A stretch of 64,000 bases of DNA from Octopus sinensis (GCF_006345805.1 NC_043005.1:100688001-100752000), one strand, 5' to 3'; positions 11,831 through 24,180 are shown, counted from the first letter of the stretch. Notes: a model not told the origin generated them from the letters alone. Numbers and translations: made by a program.

Positions 11831-12127
11831 GTGTACAATATCTGTGTGTGTGTGTCTGCCTGTTTTTGTGTATGCATATTTATAGAAAGGATTTGAGTGC
11901 AAGTGAGTGAGGTAAGGAATGAGAGAGTTCAAAACATTGGCAATTAATTTCTCATGCTTATCATACCTGTTAATTAAGGTGGGGGTGGGGGATGCCTAAA
12001 TTATCTTTCTAGACAGCCCTTGCTTCACCACTGCAAAATATTGGTCTACTGGCAGAATGTCCATGTATTAGCAGTATATAGAGATACCCTATCAAGTTAT
12101 CAACATACTATCAGGGTACTAATACTA

Positions 12128-12335
12128 CCCTTGTTTCTCGCTACCGTATTTATTTTGAGATGTTCTGTGTTTCATTCAAAGAATTTAGTAAAATAACTTA
12201 GTCATCATTAAGCTAGTGTTGGGAACATAAATTGTGACTAAGGTTTGGGGGAAGATTTTAATTCAATACTTATGAAAACAAGACATTTGTACTACAGAGC
12301 CAGAGGCAGTTTCGGCCAGGTTGGTATCAAAAGGG
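12128..12335. mobile_element. piggyBac-like MITE copy
   Basis: Body shared with 61081-61300 and 63519-63739. Ends ...GGTATCAAAAGGG|TTAA. Confidence 0.75.
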
Positions 12336-12952
12336 TTAAAATACTAGATAATATTAATATATTATCAGGATGTTGATGGGCTAAGAGTGTGTGAATATAG
12401 TGTGTGGATATAGTATTTTCATGGTATTGCTATATTGACAAGGTGGTTACCTACTATCTAATGGACGAATTGTTTATTCTTCCTCCTTCACATCATACCA
12501 ATGTATAAAGGCCGCCCAATTTACACACTTAAGCATAAGCACTGCAGAAAGGTAAGAATTTCTACAGTGAGTAGTTGGCAATCTGTACACCTGATATATG
12601 TTGCATTGATTTGCAGTCCTAAGCTGACATCCTACCTTACTTGCTGAAGTATTCCCGTTGAAATTAATATGGAAAAATCACTTATTGATGGATTAATGTG
12701 ATTAAGAAAAGTTCAGCACTTCATTTCATTTACCACATTTGCATTGCATAAATAAATATTGATTAATTGATTGATATATGCACACACACTCACACATAGC
12801 CACAGGAAAACACACACATGCACTCATATTGAGACACATAATATAAATATAAATATATATATACATACACATCTATATATAGACACACACACACAAATAT
12901 ATATATATATATATATATACACATCTATATATAGACACACACACACACATAT

Positions 12953-13013
<61 letters not shown>

Positions 13014-13415
13014 TTAGAGAGCTCTTAGAGACCAACTGAATGTGGCCAGGAATAGATATTATTGAAAATGGTTTTGTCTAAGTAGAAAGTAGCATTCCAA
13101 AGTAGAAATAATGAAGTGGTGTGTGTGTGTGTGTGTGAGAACACTTCCTTGTTACAAGAAGACATATAGATGTACCATATTCTAGTAATGAGTCTAACAG
13201 TGTCTATTGTGGTTGCAGTCTTGTCTTCAGACATCACCTGTGTGTAATTTAGAGGTAAAATAGGTACTCCTATCCCTCCAGGTCTTTCATCATGTCTCAA
13301 TTATATCTTGGAAATAGCTCAGGTCTGATTAGTTACTACTCCTTCACATCATTCACATAAGAACCACCTTAGAGTATTACCTACCACATGTATTGCACAA
13401 TATTGCTGCTGCTCC

Positions 13416-13618
13416 TGTTGTTGTTGTTAAGCAACAAGATGTGTAAGGGTGATTAGGTGATGGTCTAAGGCTTAGGAGCGGGAAACTCCAGACCATGGAA
13501 AAAAAAACTTTGGTAGTCTTGTTGTAGTCGAGGGCTCTTCGTTGACACCCGAAACCACCGGGAGGTGGCCCTCGAAGTCGCTGGAAATGGGATCTCCAGG
13601 TCCAAATTCTAGAATGGC
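13416..13618 (-). mobile_element. Short retroposon with (AAC)n tail, copy 1
   Basis: Homologous to 31877-32066. The minus strand starts GCCATTCTAGAATTTGGACCTGGAG and ends CTTGTTGCTTAACAACAACAAC. Confidence 0.75.
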
Positions 13619-16155
13619 TGCTGCTGCTGCACACACATGCACACATACATGTGCATACACACACAAAACTTATGAAAATACATTGGAGTTCTCGCATATG
13701 TTGGACAGTGATGTTGCTACAAACATACATAGAAACATTCAGAAGAAGACCACATGACTGATTAACAATGACTTAATACAACAGAAACCTTTAACTGTTC
13801 CTCTCTTATCTTCAGCAACCATTACTGTAATTGCTTCAGTACAAACCTTCACCATTTCTCTCCTTTAGGGAATCAATGGCAGCAGTATCTCAAAGCCATT
13901 ATTACACAGTTTCAAGTTATACAAACGGGTATTTTGAAGCAAAACACAGGACAAGCAGTCTCTCCCTTTTGGAAAACCTGCCGTAGAGAATATTAATGGG
14001 TACACTGCCATCTTTCATGTGATGACTGTATCTATGATGGAGAAGGAATTATTGATAAGAAAGCATGTAAGAGCTGAGGATATGTGCTTCTTCAAAGGGT
14101 TTATTATAGCACCTGGTGTTGCCATCTGGTTCTTTTAATCTAATTTACTTACATTCTTTTAATCTTTTTAATCTTATGGCCCCACACCTATAAAAGATGG
14201 TTCTGAGTACTTAAGCGGGTAAGCACGGACATTTGTGGGCAGAAGGAACCACACACCAAACTCTCCTGTCTGGTCTAGATATAGTAGTGGAAATCCTGTC
14301 AATGGACTGGTCAGTCTCTATCTCAACTGATTGTTTAGCTTGATAAATTGAATACTAATACAATTCTAAAGTTATAGTGACCAATGGAGATAGAAATCAA
14401 GAGAGAGAATAAAGGATCAACATCAAGAAGAATATGCCTAATAAAGGTGAAGCATGCAGTTCTCTTTCTTTCTTTTGAGAAATGTCAAAAATTATGAGTA
14501 ACAATATCAATAAGTTGTGTCAGTAGGTTGTCATGAAAGGAACAAACGATCTGCAACAAACACAAATGAATAATATTCAACAGTTTTGTAAGAGGATCGT
14601 TAAAATATACTATAGTTATGTTTGTAGACCAATGATCAATGAAATTACTGAGGTTTAAATGCTCATGCAGCTCAAAGACTGATGCTTCCCCAAAACTCAT
14701 TACACCTTAAAGCCTCAATTAATCAAATACTCAGGTACATCAAGTGTTCATGCATTTCGAAAACTAATGCAATTTATTTTTACTCAGGCACCTTAAAAAC
14801 TCATGCAACATAAAGATCAAAGAAGTTCTATGACTCATCAGTCTTGAAGAATCATGCAGCTCAAAGGTTAAGGTTAAGACACAGGACTCAAGAGAAATCC
14901 TGCTTAGAAGACGAGCATTACAGTCTCTCATGAGCCTAGATGCACTTATACAACTATGATCCACAGTTGTATCTCATAGCTCTTTGATCTTTGTTAATTG
15001 ATTGGAAGCATGTAGAGACAGAAGTGCATCACCCACAAACTGAAATTCATTAATTAAATTTTCTTAAAAGTATTACTTCTGATATGGAAAATATATGTGA
15101 TTATGGATTTTCATACAACATATGCTTGTGGGTGTGAGTGCATTATTCTAGAATTCATGGTTCCAGCAAAACCATGGATTCCAGTTTTCCAAACCTGCAC
15201 AGCTTGAAAATCCAGAATCCATGAATGTGTCTCAGATCACAAAGATTATAAAATGCTTGGCATTAATTCATTAGAATTTATTGTAACATCTGCAGACAAC
15301 TGCATGGTTCTCATCACAACAATTTGAAACTGGGATTTAATTTGCATAATTACTTAAAAGTTGTTACAATGTATCAACACGGCATATCTTTATGACACAA
15401 ATATCAACTTCTGCAGTTGGTATGTGGTTTTATTGTATTTGTTGTTGTTGCTGAGTGACTTCAATCAATCAGTTGCTCAATGACCCCAGTCAGTCATTAT
15501 AAAAACAAAATGAAATTCATTTTTGAGAGTAAAAGCAATTTTGTTTTGAAAATTGTTTTCATGGTAGTTTAAATAAGGTGCCATCATTTTATTGTTCGGC
15601 CATCACTGTAGATGGCATTGTTGTTCATCATTTATACTGATGGCATTTCAGTGTTTGTCTGCAATTATTCAAAAGCTGACATACCAAAGAATTATTAAAA
15701 GCTGCCAAGCTGCACCAATTTGGTTTAAACCTTGTCAAAATGTCTGGAACAGTGATTCCAATCTTTTAGATTTAATCATGAAGTAAAACAAAAGATTTGG
15801 AAGACATTCAAAAGTGTTCTATCTGAATCTACTGCTGTGTTACACACACACACACACAGACACACGTGAATCTATAGATTCATGTATTCAACTAAATGTA
15901 CATGATTCATGCTGTCTCAGTTAAAACAAGAGCAGAAATTCCTTTTGTCAGAAACTGGCAGTTACTGCTGCAAAGAAAGTACCTGAACCATATATACACA
16001 AGAATTAGATGTACATACATATGTATAAACTTACATGCGAACATATATGCATATGCAAACATATATACAAACGTACACATGATATACTAAACATTCTAAT
16101 GTATTGAACTCTTTATTGTATAAATTGTCTCAGTCTTCTGTTGAAGAGCTTAATA

Positions 16156-16722
16156 TTGGGTTGTCCGGAAAGTTCGTGCCGATTTTTAAAGGAAAGAAAA
16201 AGGTCAATAAATACTTGTCATTACATTTTTAATCAACCAAATATGAACCATTTTGTTGCACAACGTGTCTCCATCTTTCCTTTAACTTGAAAATACCCTC
16301 TTTCCAGAATTGAGGTGGTTTCATGGCAAAGAATTCATCAAGGTATCTTTTTACCTCATCCAAGGAATTGAAATTTTTACCATTAAGACTATTCTGCAGA
16401 GAACTGAATAAGCGGAAATCCGAAGTAGCAATATCTGGTGAATATGGAGGGTGGGGTAACACATCCCAGCTGAGCTGCAGCAATTTTTGTCTGGTTCCCA
16501 AAGCATCAAGTGCTGAAAATGAATTTTCTTATCTTCCATTTTAAAGGGTTACAGAATTAACACAGGTTATAGGAACATAAACCTTCTTACATGAAAAGAT
16601 TAGCTTAAACTGTGCTGTAAATGGAGGTGTAGTCAGATCCTATTTTATGGACTCAACCATGTTCTAAAATAAGTCGAAATGTAAGCTACTATAAATCGGC
16701 ATGAACTTTCCGGACAACCCAA
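16156..16722 (-). mobile_element. Internally deleted mariner element (567 bp) with intact TIRs
   Basis: TIRs TTGGGTTGTCCGGAAAGTTC(G/A)TGCCGATTT with TA on both sides. N-terminal MEDKKIHFQHLMLWE is joined to the C-terminal HPPYSPDIATSDFRLF...ERWRHVVQQNGSYLVD*. Confidence 0.93.
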
Positions 16723-16736
16723 TATATATATACATG

Positions 16737-17678
16737 TATATTGCATATGGACGAGGACAGTTGTGTGAAGAAGTGTTGCACTCTAATGGTGGAGGTAAGC
16801 TGTGGAAGAGCTAGACTCAGGAAGACATGGGATGAGGTGGTGAAGCACAGTTTCTGAACGTTGGGCCTCATGGAGGCAATAACAAATGACTGAGACCTCT
16901 AGTGGTATGCTGTGCCTGAGAAGACCCATCAAGCCAAGTAAGATCGTAGTCAGAGCCAATGCCAGTGGTGTGCAACTGGTCCATTAAAAGCTCCCTTCAA
17001 ACATTGGGCAATATGCTGTGCTCATGAAGACCTGATGAGTTGAGTGAAATTGTAGTCATGACTGATGCCAGTACCATCTGAATGGCACTCATGCTGGCGG
17101 TATGTAAAGAGGCAGCAAGCTGGCAGAACCGTTAGCACGTCGGGCGAAATGCTTAGTGGTATTTCGTCTGCCACTACATTCTGAGTTCAAATTCCGCCGA
17201 GGTCGACTTTACCTTACATCCTTTCGGGGTCAATTAAATAAGTACCAGTTGCACACTGGGGTCGATATAATCAACTTAATCCATTTGTCCTCTCTGTGTT
17301 TAGCCCCTTGTGGGTAGTAAAGAAATAGATATGTAAAAAGCACTGTTCAAGTGTTGAACCTCATGGAGGCAGTGACAGGAGACCGAGACCTTTGGTGACA
17401 GACTGTGCTTGTGTAGCCCTTTCAAGCCAAGTGAGACTGTAGCCATGGCCGATGTTGGTGTCAGATCAATGGCACCTTTGCCGATGGTATGCAAAAAACA
17501 CCCACTACACTATCCAGGTAGTTGGCATTAGGAAGGGCATCCGGCCATAGAAACCTTGCCAAATCAGAGTGGAACCTGGTGCAGTTCCCTGGTTTACCAA
17601 TTTTCAGTCAAACCATCCAGCTGATACCAGCATGGAAAACGGACGTTAAATGATGACGATGATAATGATGAGGATGAT
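16737..17678 (+). mobile_element. 5'-truncated RTE LINE: ORF C-terminus plus repetitive 3' UTR and (ATG)n tail, interrupted by a SINE
   Basis: MDEDSCVKKCCTLMVEVSCGRARLRKTWDEVVK...EKTHQAK* (stop 16939-16941) resembles the RTE GRGRPRKTW C-terminus. Tail GGACGTTAAATGATGACGATG. Confidence 0.85.
17110..17329 (+). mobile_element. tRNA-type SINE family A nested in the RTE 3' UTR
   Basis: Head GGCAGCAAGCTGGCAGAACCGTTAGCACG, B-box-like GAGTTCAAATTCC, core GAGGTCGACTTTACC...CATCCTTTCGGGG. Flanked by TATGTAAA at 17101-17108 and 17330-17337 (probable TSD). Confidence 0.85.
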
Positions 17679-17754
17679 ATATTTATATACATATATTCTT
17701 TTATTCTTTTTTCTTATTTCAGTCATTTGACTGTGGTCATGCTATGTCCTTTAG

Positions 17755-17895
17755 TTGAACAAATCGACCCCAGGACTTATTCTTTGTAAGACCAGTACTT
17801 ATTCTATTGGTCTCTTTTGCTGAACTGCTAAGTTATGGGGGATGTAAATATACAAACATTGGTTGTCAAGCAATGGTGGAGGGACAAACACACAT

Positions 17896-17932
<37 letters not shown>

Positions 17933-18055
17933 CACTCACAAGGCTTTGGTCAGTCCGAGGCTATAGTAGAAGACATCTACCCTAGGTGCCACGCAGTGAG
18001 ACTGAACTCAGAACCATGTGGTTTGGAAGCAAGCTTCTTACCTCACAGCCACTCC
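17755..18055 (-). mobile_element. SINE family C with internal (CA)n
   Basis: Reverse complement of the 34163-34535 type (AAGGCTTTGGTCAG...GAACTCAGAACCATGTGG...CACAGCCACTCCTGCAC). Confidence 0.75.
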
Positions 18056-18229
18056 TGCACCTTTATAACATTTAATGTATACAATATTTATAACAAGAGC
18101 TAGTAATGCTATGTCTTGCCATAATGACCCTGAAGGTAATGTGTGTCGTATAAATGTACCTAATCTCAGTGTGTCTATGGCAAGGACCTATTAGTAGGTC
18201 CTGTTTTAAATACTGCTTACATTAAATGG

Positions 18230-18545
18230 TATTTATTTCTCACAGGAGGGAATAATTTTTTTCATTCATCCTACTGAAGCTTGATCCATGTAAAAAGTTT
18301 TGGTGTGGGTGTTGGTGCCATGAGAAAAGCACTGGTGTTGGTACCACATAAAAGGTACTAATGATGGTACAAACATAAAAAACATCTGGTACATGCTGCT
18401 GAGTGGTTGGCATTAGGAAGGGCATCCAGCTGTAAAAACCAAACTAAAACAGAGTATGGAACCTGGTGTGGTCCCTGGCGTTACCAGTTTCTGTTATGCC
18501 ATTCAACCCATGCCGGCATGGAAAAACGGATGCTATAAGTTGAGG
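18230..18545 (+). mobile_element. RTE-type 3' UTR/tail fragment
   Basis: GTGGTTGGCATTAGGAAGGGCATCCAGCTGTAAAAACC...CAACCCATGCCGGCATGGAAAAACGGA. Confidence 0.75.
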
Positions 18546-19318
18546 AACATATATATATATATATATATTTGTTTACGTTCATCGTAATTTGAATTTATAT
18601 ATATGCGTGTATATCATCATCATCATCATCATCATCGTTTAACGTCCGTTCTATGATGATGATGATGATGATATTATTGATCATTTTTAAATTGTTACAC
18701 TAGATAATAATAGAGTCAATAATATCTTAGCAAATATTTTCTCCTGAATTATTTGTTTCATATTAAAATTATATGTATGTATGCATGCATGTATGTATGT
18801 TTGTATACACACACACATTCACATACATATATAGATTTATATTCTTAGCATCTTTCCAACAACTCCCACCTACTCCAATATAATGTGAGGGAGTCATATC
18901 TCTTCTTTAGCAAGACGATTGTTCATGTCCTTCTACTTTGGCCAGATGTTAGCCACTCAATACCTGGCATAAAGCCACCTCCTCCTCTACTACAATTTCA
19001 TCCACTTGAGAAAGTTTCTTCTGTTTCTTTGGCAAGTAACTCAGAAACCTTACAAGTCCTGTTATCGTGAAAATGCACCCAGTACACTCTGTAAAGTGTT
19101 TGGTGTTAGGATGAGCATCCAGCCATCGAAACCATGCAAAAGCAAACATAGACACCAGACACAGTCCTCCAGCTCATTGAATCCAATGACACCGACCAAC
19201 AAGGGAGGAAGACGGGCATTAAATGATAATGATGATGATGATGATATATTCCTCTCTCTGTCTCTGTTGTCTCTCTCTCTCTCTCTGTATTTATATATTT
19301 ATGTGTGTGTGTGTATGA

Positions 19319-19464
19319 GGGAGACCGGTTTATGGGGTTATCCAGGGTTTCTCGCTCATAAGGGATTTAGCCTTAAGGCATATCTTCAGGCCCCTGAAGA
19401 TACACAGTAAGGCTAAACCTCTTATGAGCAAGAAACCCAGGTTGACCCCATAAACTGGCCTCCC
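19319..19464. repeat. Imperfect palindrome, ~70-bp arms, essentially no spacer
   Basis: GGGAGACCGGTTTATGGGGT...TATCTTCAG-GCCC-CTGAAGATA...ACCCCATAAACTGGCCTCCC. Confidence 0.85.
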
Positions 19465-19645
19465 CCATTATAATATTAACTTCTCTACATCAATAATATA
19501 CGCGATTGCAAGCCCCCAAAATGCATTAAATTGCTGAAGGATTAAACTTCTGTAGTCATTATCAGTGTATTTTGGTGATTTGAGTTTTGACTGTTATTTC
19601 CAGCAGGTAGACATACTTAGTATGCCCTTTGATTAATTTATATAT

Positions 19646-19676
<31 letters not shown>

Positions 19677-20035
19677 TCAGATGAATATGGTACTTAAGTT
19701 AAAGGCACCAGAATTTTGTATGGCATTATCCATATAAATCAAATGGGGTGATTATAATCAAAATAAGCAACAAGGATATCCAAGGTATTGTAGTACAATC
19801 GTTTCATACTACTTCATTTTTTGAAACAATGTATTACATCAGTTTTAAAATGTATAAAAGAAGAGTATATTATATATAATATATTTATGTATGTGTATAT
19901 ATATATATATCTATATATATGTATGTATGTGTATATATATATATATTATATATATGTTGTATGTGTATATATATATATATATATAATATATATGTGTATA
20001 TATATATATATATATAATAATATATATATATTATA

Positions 20036-20071
<36 letters not shown>

Positions 20072-20108
20072 CTATATATAATGTGTGTATATATATATAT
20101 AATATATA

Positions 20109-20220
20109 TTTATTATATAGAAGGAGCTTCTACAGGACTGTACTGTTTCATTCAAGAGAAATCTTCATTCTCTTGAATGAAACAGTACTAGTCCTGTAGA
20201 AGCTCCTTCTATATAATAAA
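20109..20220. repeat. Near-perfect inverted repeat, 52/53-bp arms, 7-nt loop
   Basis: Arms 20109-20160 and 20168-20220 differ by a single 1-nt indel. Loop ATCTTCA. Confidence 0.95.
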
Positions 20221-20306
20221 TTAATTTTACTCTGCTATGTATTGAGTACCTTACTTACTGTGGTTAACCCCGGATCAACCCGGACCTACATATATATATA
20301 TATATA

Positions 20307-20348
<42 letters not shown>

Positions 20349-20355
20349 GGTAATA

Positions 20356-20394
<39 letters not shown>

Positions 20395-20872
20395 TATATA
20401 CATATATATACATACATACATATATATATATATACACACACATACATTCACACACAAACACACCAATCTTGCCTTCTGAAGACAGAGGCCAGATTTACCA
20501 TAAAGTTTATATGCATCCACTACTCATTGCATATTCTTGACTCTATGCGAACACCAAGTTCCGACATTATCACATAATTCCGAAACTCCGGAAACAGGTG
20601 TCAGACATCTAATACCATACCTTCTACTCCTAGTTTTCTGTGTTTTTGTACTCTGTGTAAATCTGCTCAGTTATTATATAAATATCTATATATTTAACCA
20701 TGAATGCTCATTGTCTAAATATATTCAGTCTTTGTTTCTCTGTATTTGCATGTGCATATGTATATATATATATATATATAGCCCAAGCTTGTTTATTTGC
20801 TTATTTGCATCACTATTTATATATGTATGTACTTATTCATTTACTTGTTTCAATGATTTGACTGCAGCCATG

Positions 20873-20940
<68 letters not shown>

Positions 20941-20998
20941 TATATATATGTATGTACTTATTCATTTACTTGTTTCAATGAATTGACTGCAGCCATGC

Positions 20999-21030
<32 letters not shown>

Positions 21031-21418
21031 TACACACACATATATATATATATACATATATATACATAATTTGAAATCAGCTTTATTAATTCCAATGCAG
21101 TTTAACAATAATATTTTCTTTACACAACAAACATTAAATATGGTTGCAAAACCATATCACCTATTGCTCATTTGTTCAAACAACAACAACAACAACTAAG
21201 TAATTTATATCAATTACATTGTTGCTTAGACTAAAGTTTTTATTTGTCCTTTATATATGTAGTAAATAAATTTGTACATTTTATTCTTTCCCTCTTTCTC
21301 TTTTTACTCCATTTGGTAATCATAGTTTTCAGTATGTATTAAACACAAATACAGTATTCCAATATACTATATTGGAAATAATAATAATAATAATCATCAT
21401 CATCCTCAACCTCATCAA

Positions 21419-21448
<30 letters not shown>

Positions 21449-21449
<1 letters not shown>

Positions 21450-21919
21450 GAGTGAGAGAGCAGTGCATGCCATCAAAGTGACACAGATGTAAAATATACG
21501 AAGCCCAGTATACCCATCATGACTACCCGTCTGATAAGGGTACACCAGGCACATGCATCATAACCATATGTGCGCGACATGCTGATCTCATGTCAAGATA
21601 AACAGCGCATGATCTTGCTGGTGGGGCCCAGTTAGAATTTTCTTCAGGTCAAGTAACCCATCCCACTCAAAAGGTCCCTGAATAAGGTTTGTTTAAGGAT
21701 GTTGAAAGAAACATCCATGTTTCCAGAGGTGAATAATTCAAACCCAAAGAATCCCTCTCAACACATGGCTATGATGCTCCCCCACTACTTCTACTCGTGA
21801 TCAGAAATGCACATATCATCAGCCACTCAGGGACATGCTCAACCGGTTAAGGTCAAATAACTGACAAGCAAATCTGTGGTATTGAGCAGAATATTTGCTG
21901 TAGCCCATCTTTTATACCA
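21449..21919 (-). mobile_element. Interspersed-repeat-like segment embedded between (TAT)n arrays; possible 3' end of a TAA-targeting non-LTR element
   Basis: A complex, GC-richer block bounded by ATT repeats at 21421-21448 and from 21920. The family assignment is inference. Confidence 0.45.
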
Positions 21920-21986
21920 TATTATTATTATTATTATTGTTATTATTATTGTTTCTGTTGTTTTTGTTTTTATTATTGTTATTATT

Positions 21987-22019
<33 letters not shown>

Positions 22020-22135
22020 ATCATTATCATTATTATTATTATTATTGTTTCTGTTGTTGTTATTATTATTGTTTTTATTATTATTATTATTATTGTTGTT
22101 GTTGTTGTTATTATCATTATTATTATTATTATTAT
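21920..22135. repeat. Compound (TAT)n/(TGT)n trinucleotide microsatellite
   Basis: Directly visible. Source of the poly-N, poly-I and poly-L ORFs. Confidence 0.95.
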
Positions 22136-22137
22136 AA

Positions 22138-22450
22138 AAGTAGTGAGCTGGTAGAGCCATTAATTTGTTGAACATTCATTGCAGCTGTTTACATGCTGGG
22201 CTCAAGTTCTGGCAGGGTCAACTTTGCCTTTTATCCTTTCAAGGTGAAAACAAAACATGAGCCAAGTGCGGGGTTGGGGGTGGGGGATGGCGATAGTGAG
22301 TTCAAATTCCACTGAGGTCGACTTTACCTTTCATTCTTCAGGGGTTGATAAATTAATTACCAGTAGAATCCTGGGGTCGATGCAATCGATTTAACCCCTC
22401 CCCCATAATTTCAGGCCTTGTGCCTATTGTAGAAAGGATTATTATTATTC
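22138..22450 (+). mobile_element. SINE family A (partial tandem) with (ATT)n tail
   Basis: GAGTTCAAATTCCACTGAGGTCGACTTTACC...AATTTCAGGCCTTGTGCCTATTGTAGAAAGGATTATTATT. Confidence 0.75.
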
Positions 22451-22587
22451 TTAATTTCTAAAGATTGACATAACTCTTCATGAAGCTAAAGAAACAAGAA
22501 GAAGAGTGTGATGAGATTTGTAATGGGAACACAGGATCTCCTCATTTATATTTTGAATTTCTGTTTCTGTGTTGCTTTCATTTTATA

Positions 22588-22634
22588 TTTTGAACCTGAA
22601 GAAGACAGAAGATCTGTTGAAATATTGTTAGAAA
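22588..22634 (+). ncRNA. Minimal type-I hammerhead ribozyme-like motif with intact catalytic core
   Basis: TTTTGAAC-CTGAAGA-A-GACAG(aagat)CTGTT-GAAA-TATT-GTTAGAAA. The core CUGAAGA and GAAA are intact. Stem II GACAG/CUGUU, palindromic AAUAUU stem III, putative AUU cleavage site, stem I pairs 7/8. Confidence 0.6.
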
Positions 22635-23291
22635 TGTTAAATAAACAATCTCTATTACAAATTTGCATTGCATACTTCTTATTGTTCCCCACTATCACCA
22701 TCATCATCATCATTATCATCATTATTATATATCACTCTCACCTACTTCTCTCCTTTCCATAGCCTAGTCACCTAGTTATGTCTCACTGAAATGACCCCCA
22801 CTCCTCTATCAGATGTTCCTATAAATGTGACACGCTTGGAATCTACTCCCCTCACACTACTACTGTCTCAATGCTTTGTTTGTGCTGAACAACTATCTGA
22901 AGCCCAGTTCATTAACAATTAAATAACTGATTATTTTCACAAGAATGGATGATACAGACGAAGAGATATTTCCTATCAGCAAACTTGAATAGTTCTGTCA
23001 TGTCATTATAAGAAGTTCTATCATTTATGCAGTATTCACATTAGAGCTGACATTCAAGTGATGGAGCTATTTATAATACCTGTAATTTGTGGAATGTTTT
23101 AGGTGCTTATCCAAAACATCATTTGTCTCATGATGACCAACTAAGGAACATTGGAAATATATTCTATTGATGCTTTCTGACACCCTCCTACAACCAGAGT
23201 GTATATATATATATATATATATATATAATAATAGTTATCGCCATACTAATATGGCATTCTTATAAAAATAAGAGAGACTTAGTTATTTTAA

Positions 23292-23352
<61 letters not shown>

Positions 23353-23354
23353 AT

Positions 23355-24180
23355 GTGTCACCTTACTGGCACTCGAGCCCCGAAATCCAAGGAAAAGAAG
23401 TGAAAAGTAGGGACATTGGAGTTTAAATATGTTTAGCTACACCTTTTGGAGTGAGGTTTGAATATAGAATGTACATTGAACCACAGAGATGGTTTGGAGA
23501 GAGGGATCAAAACTTTGTGCCTCAGAGATAAATCAGATGTGTAATAATATAATTAAAAACCCTCAAAATCACTTTCAGATAATAAAATGCTTTAATGATG
23601 ACAGGTGAACGAACTCATAAAGAGAAGGGATGATATTTTCTCTAATAGAAAGTGTCATTGTTTAATCAACAAACCACCTTAAACCTTATAAGGTTAACGT
23701 CTTAAAGTCTAAGGAACTTGCTCTCAGCAAATCATTTTCATTTCTTGAGAAATAAACAGCATATTAATCTTAATGTGTTCTATTTCCATAGAGTTCTCAA
23801 AAACCATTTCACCAGACTTCTTAATCTGTTTATATTATCTGCTTTCTCCATCTCTCATTGTCCTTTCAGCCAAGTTTTCTTCTAATATATTCAGTGGAGC
23901 AATACCTTGTTTACATAAGTGTTTTATTTCCTCTTCAAAAAAGACATTTAACTTTCTTCAATAAATCTCTTTGAGAAAAATATTAGTCCTTAAAATAAGT
24001 ACCTGAGGCCTGTTTTTGTGGCATCTTTCGATTTACTCTGACTCAATTGACCTATTGAAAATCTCATAATCAGGCATCAACTTTATATTTGCTGTCTCCT
24101 CTCTCTGGCATCTACTGTTGTTAAATGTAAACAAATTCAGAATTACATCAATCTTCATTCTACACACAGATATAAGAATA
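23355..24180 (-). mobile_element. Heavily decayed coding remnant, possibly a Penelope-clade element
   Basis: One minus frame runs ~150 codons with few stops (..FFEEEIKHLCKQGIAPLNILEE..). A downstream SLMSSFTCHH weakly resembles the start of a PLE endonuclease. Ends in (TA)n. Confidence 0.35.
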
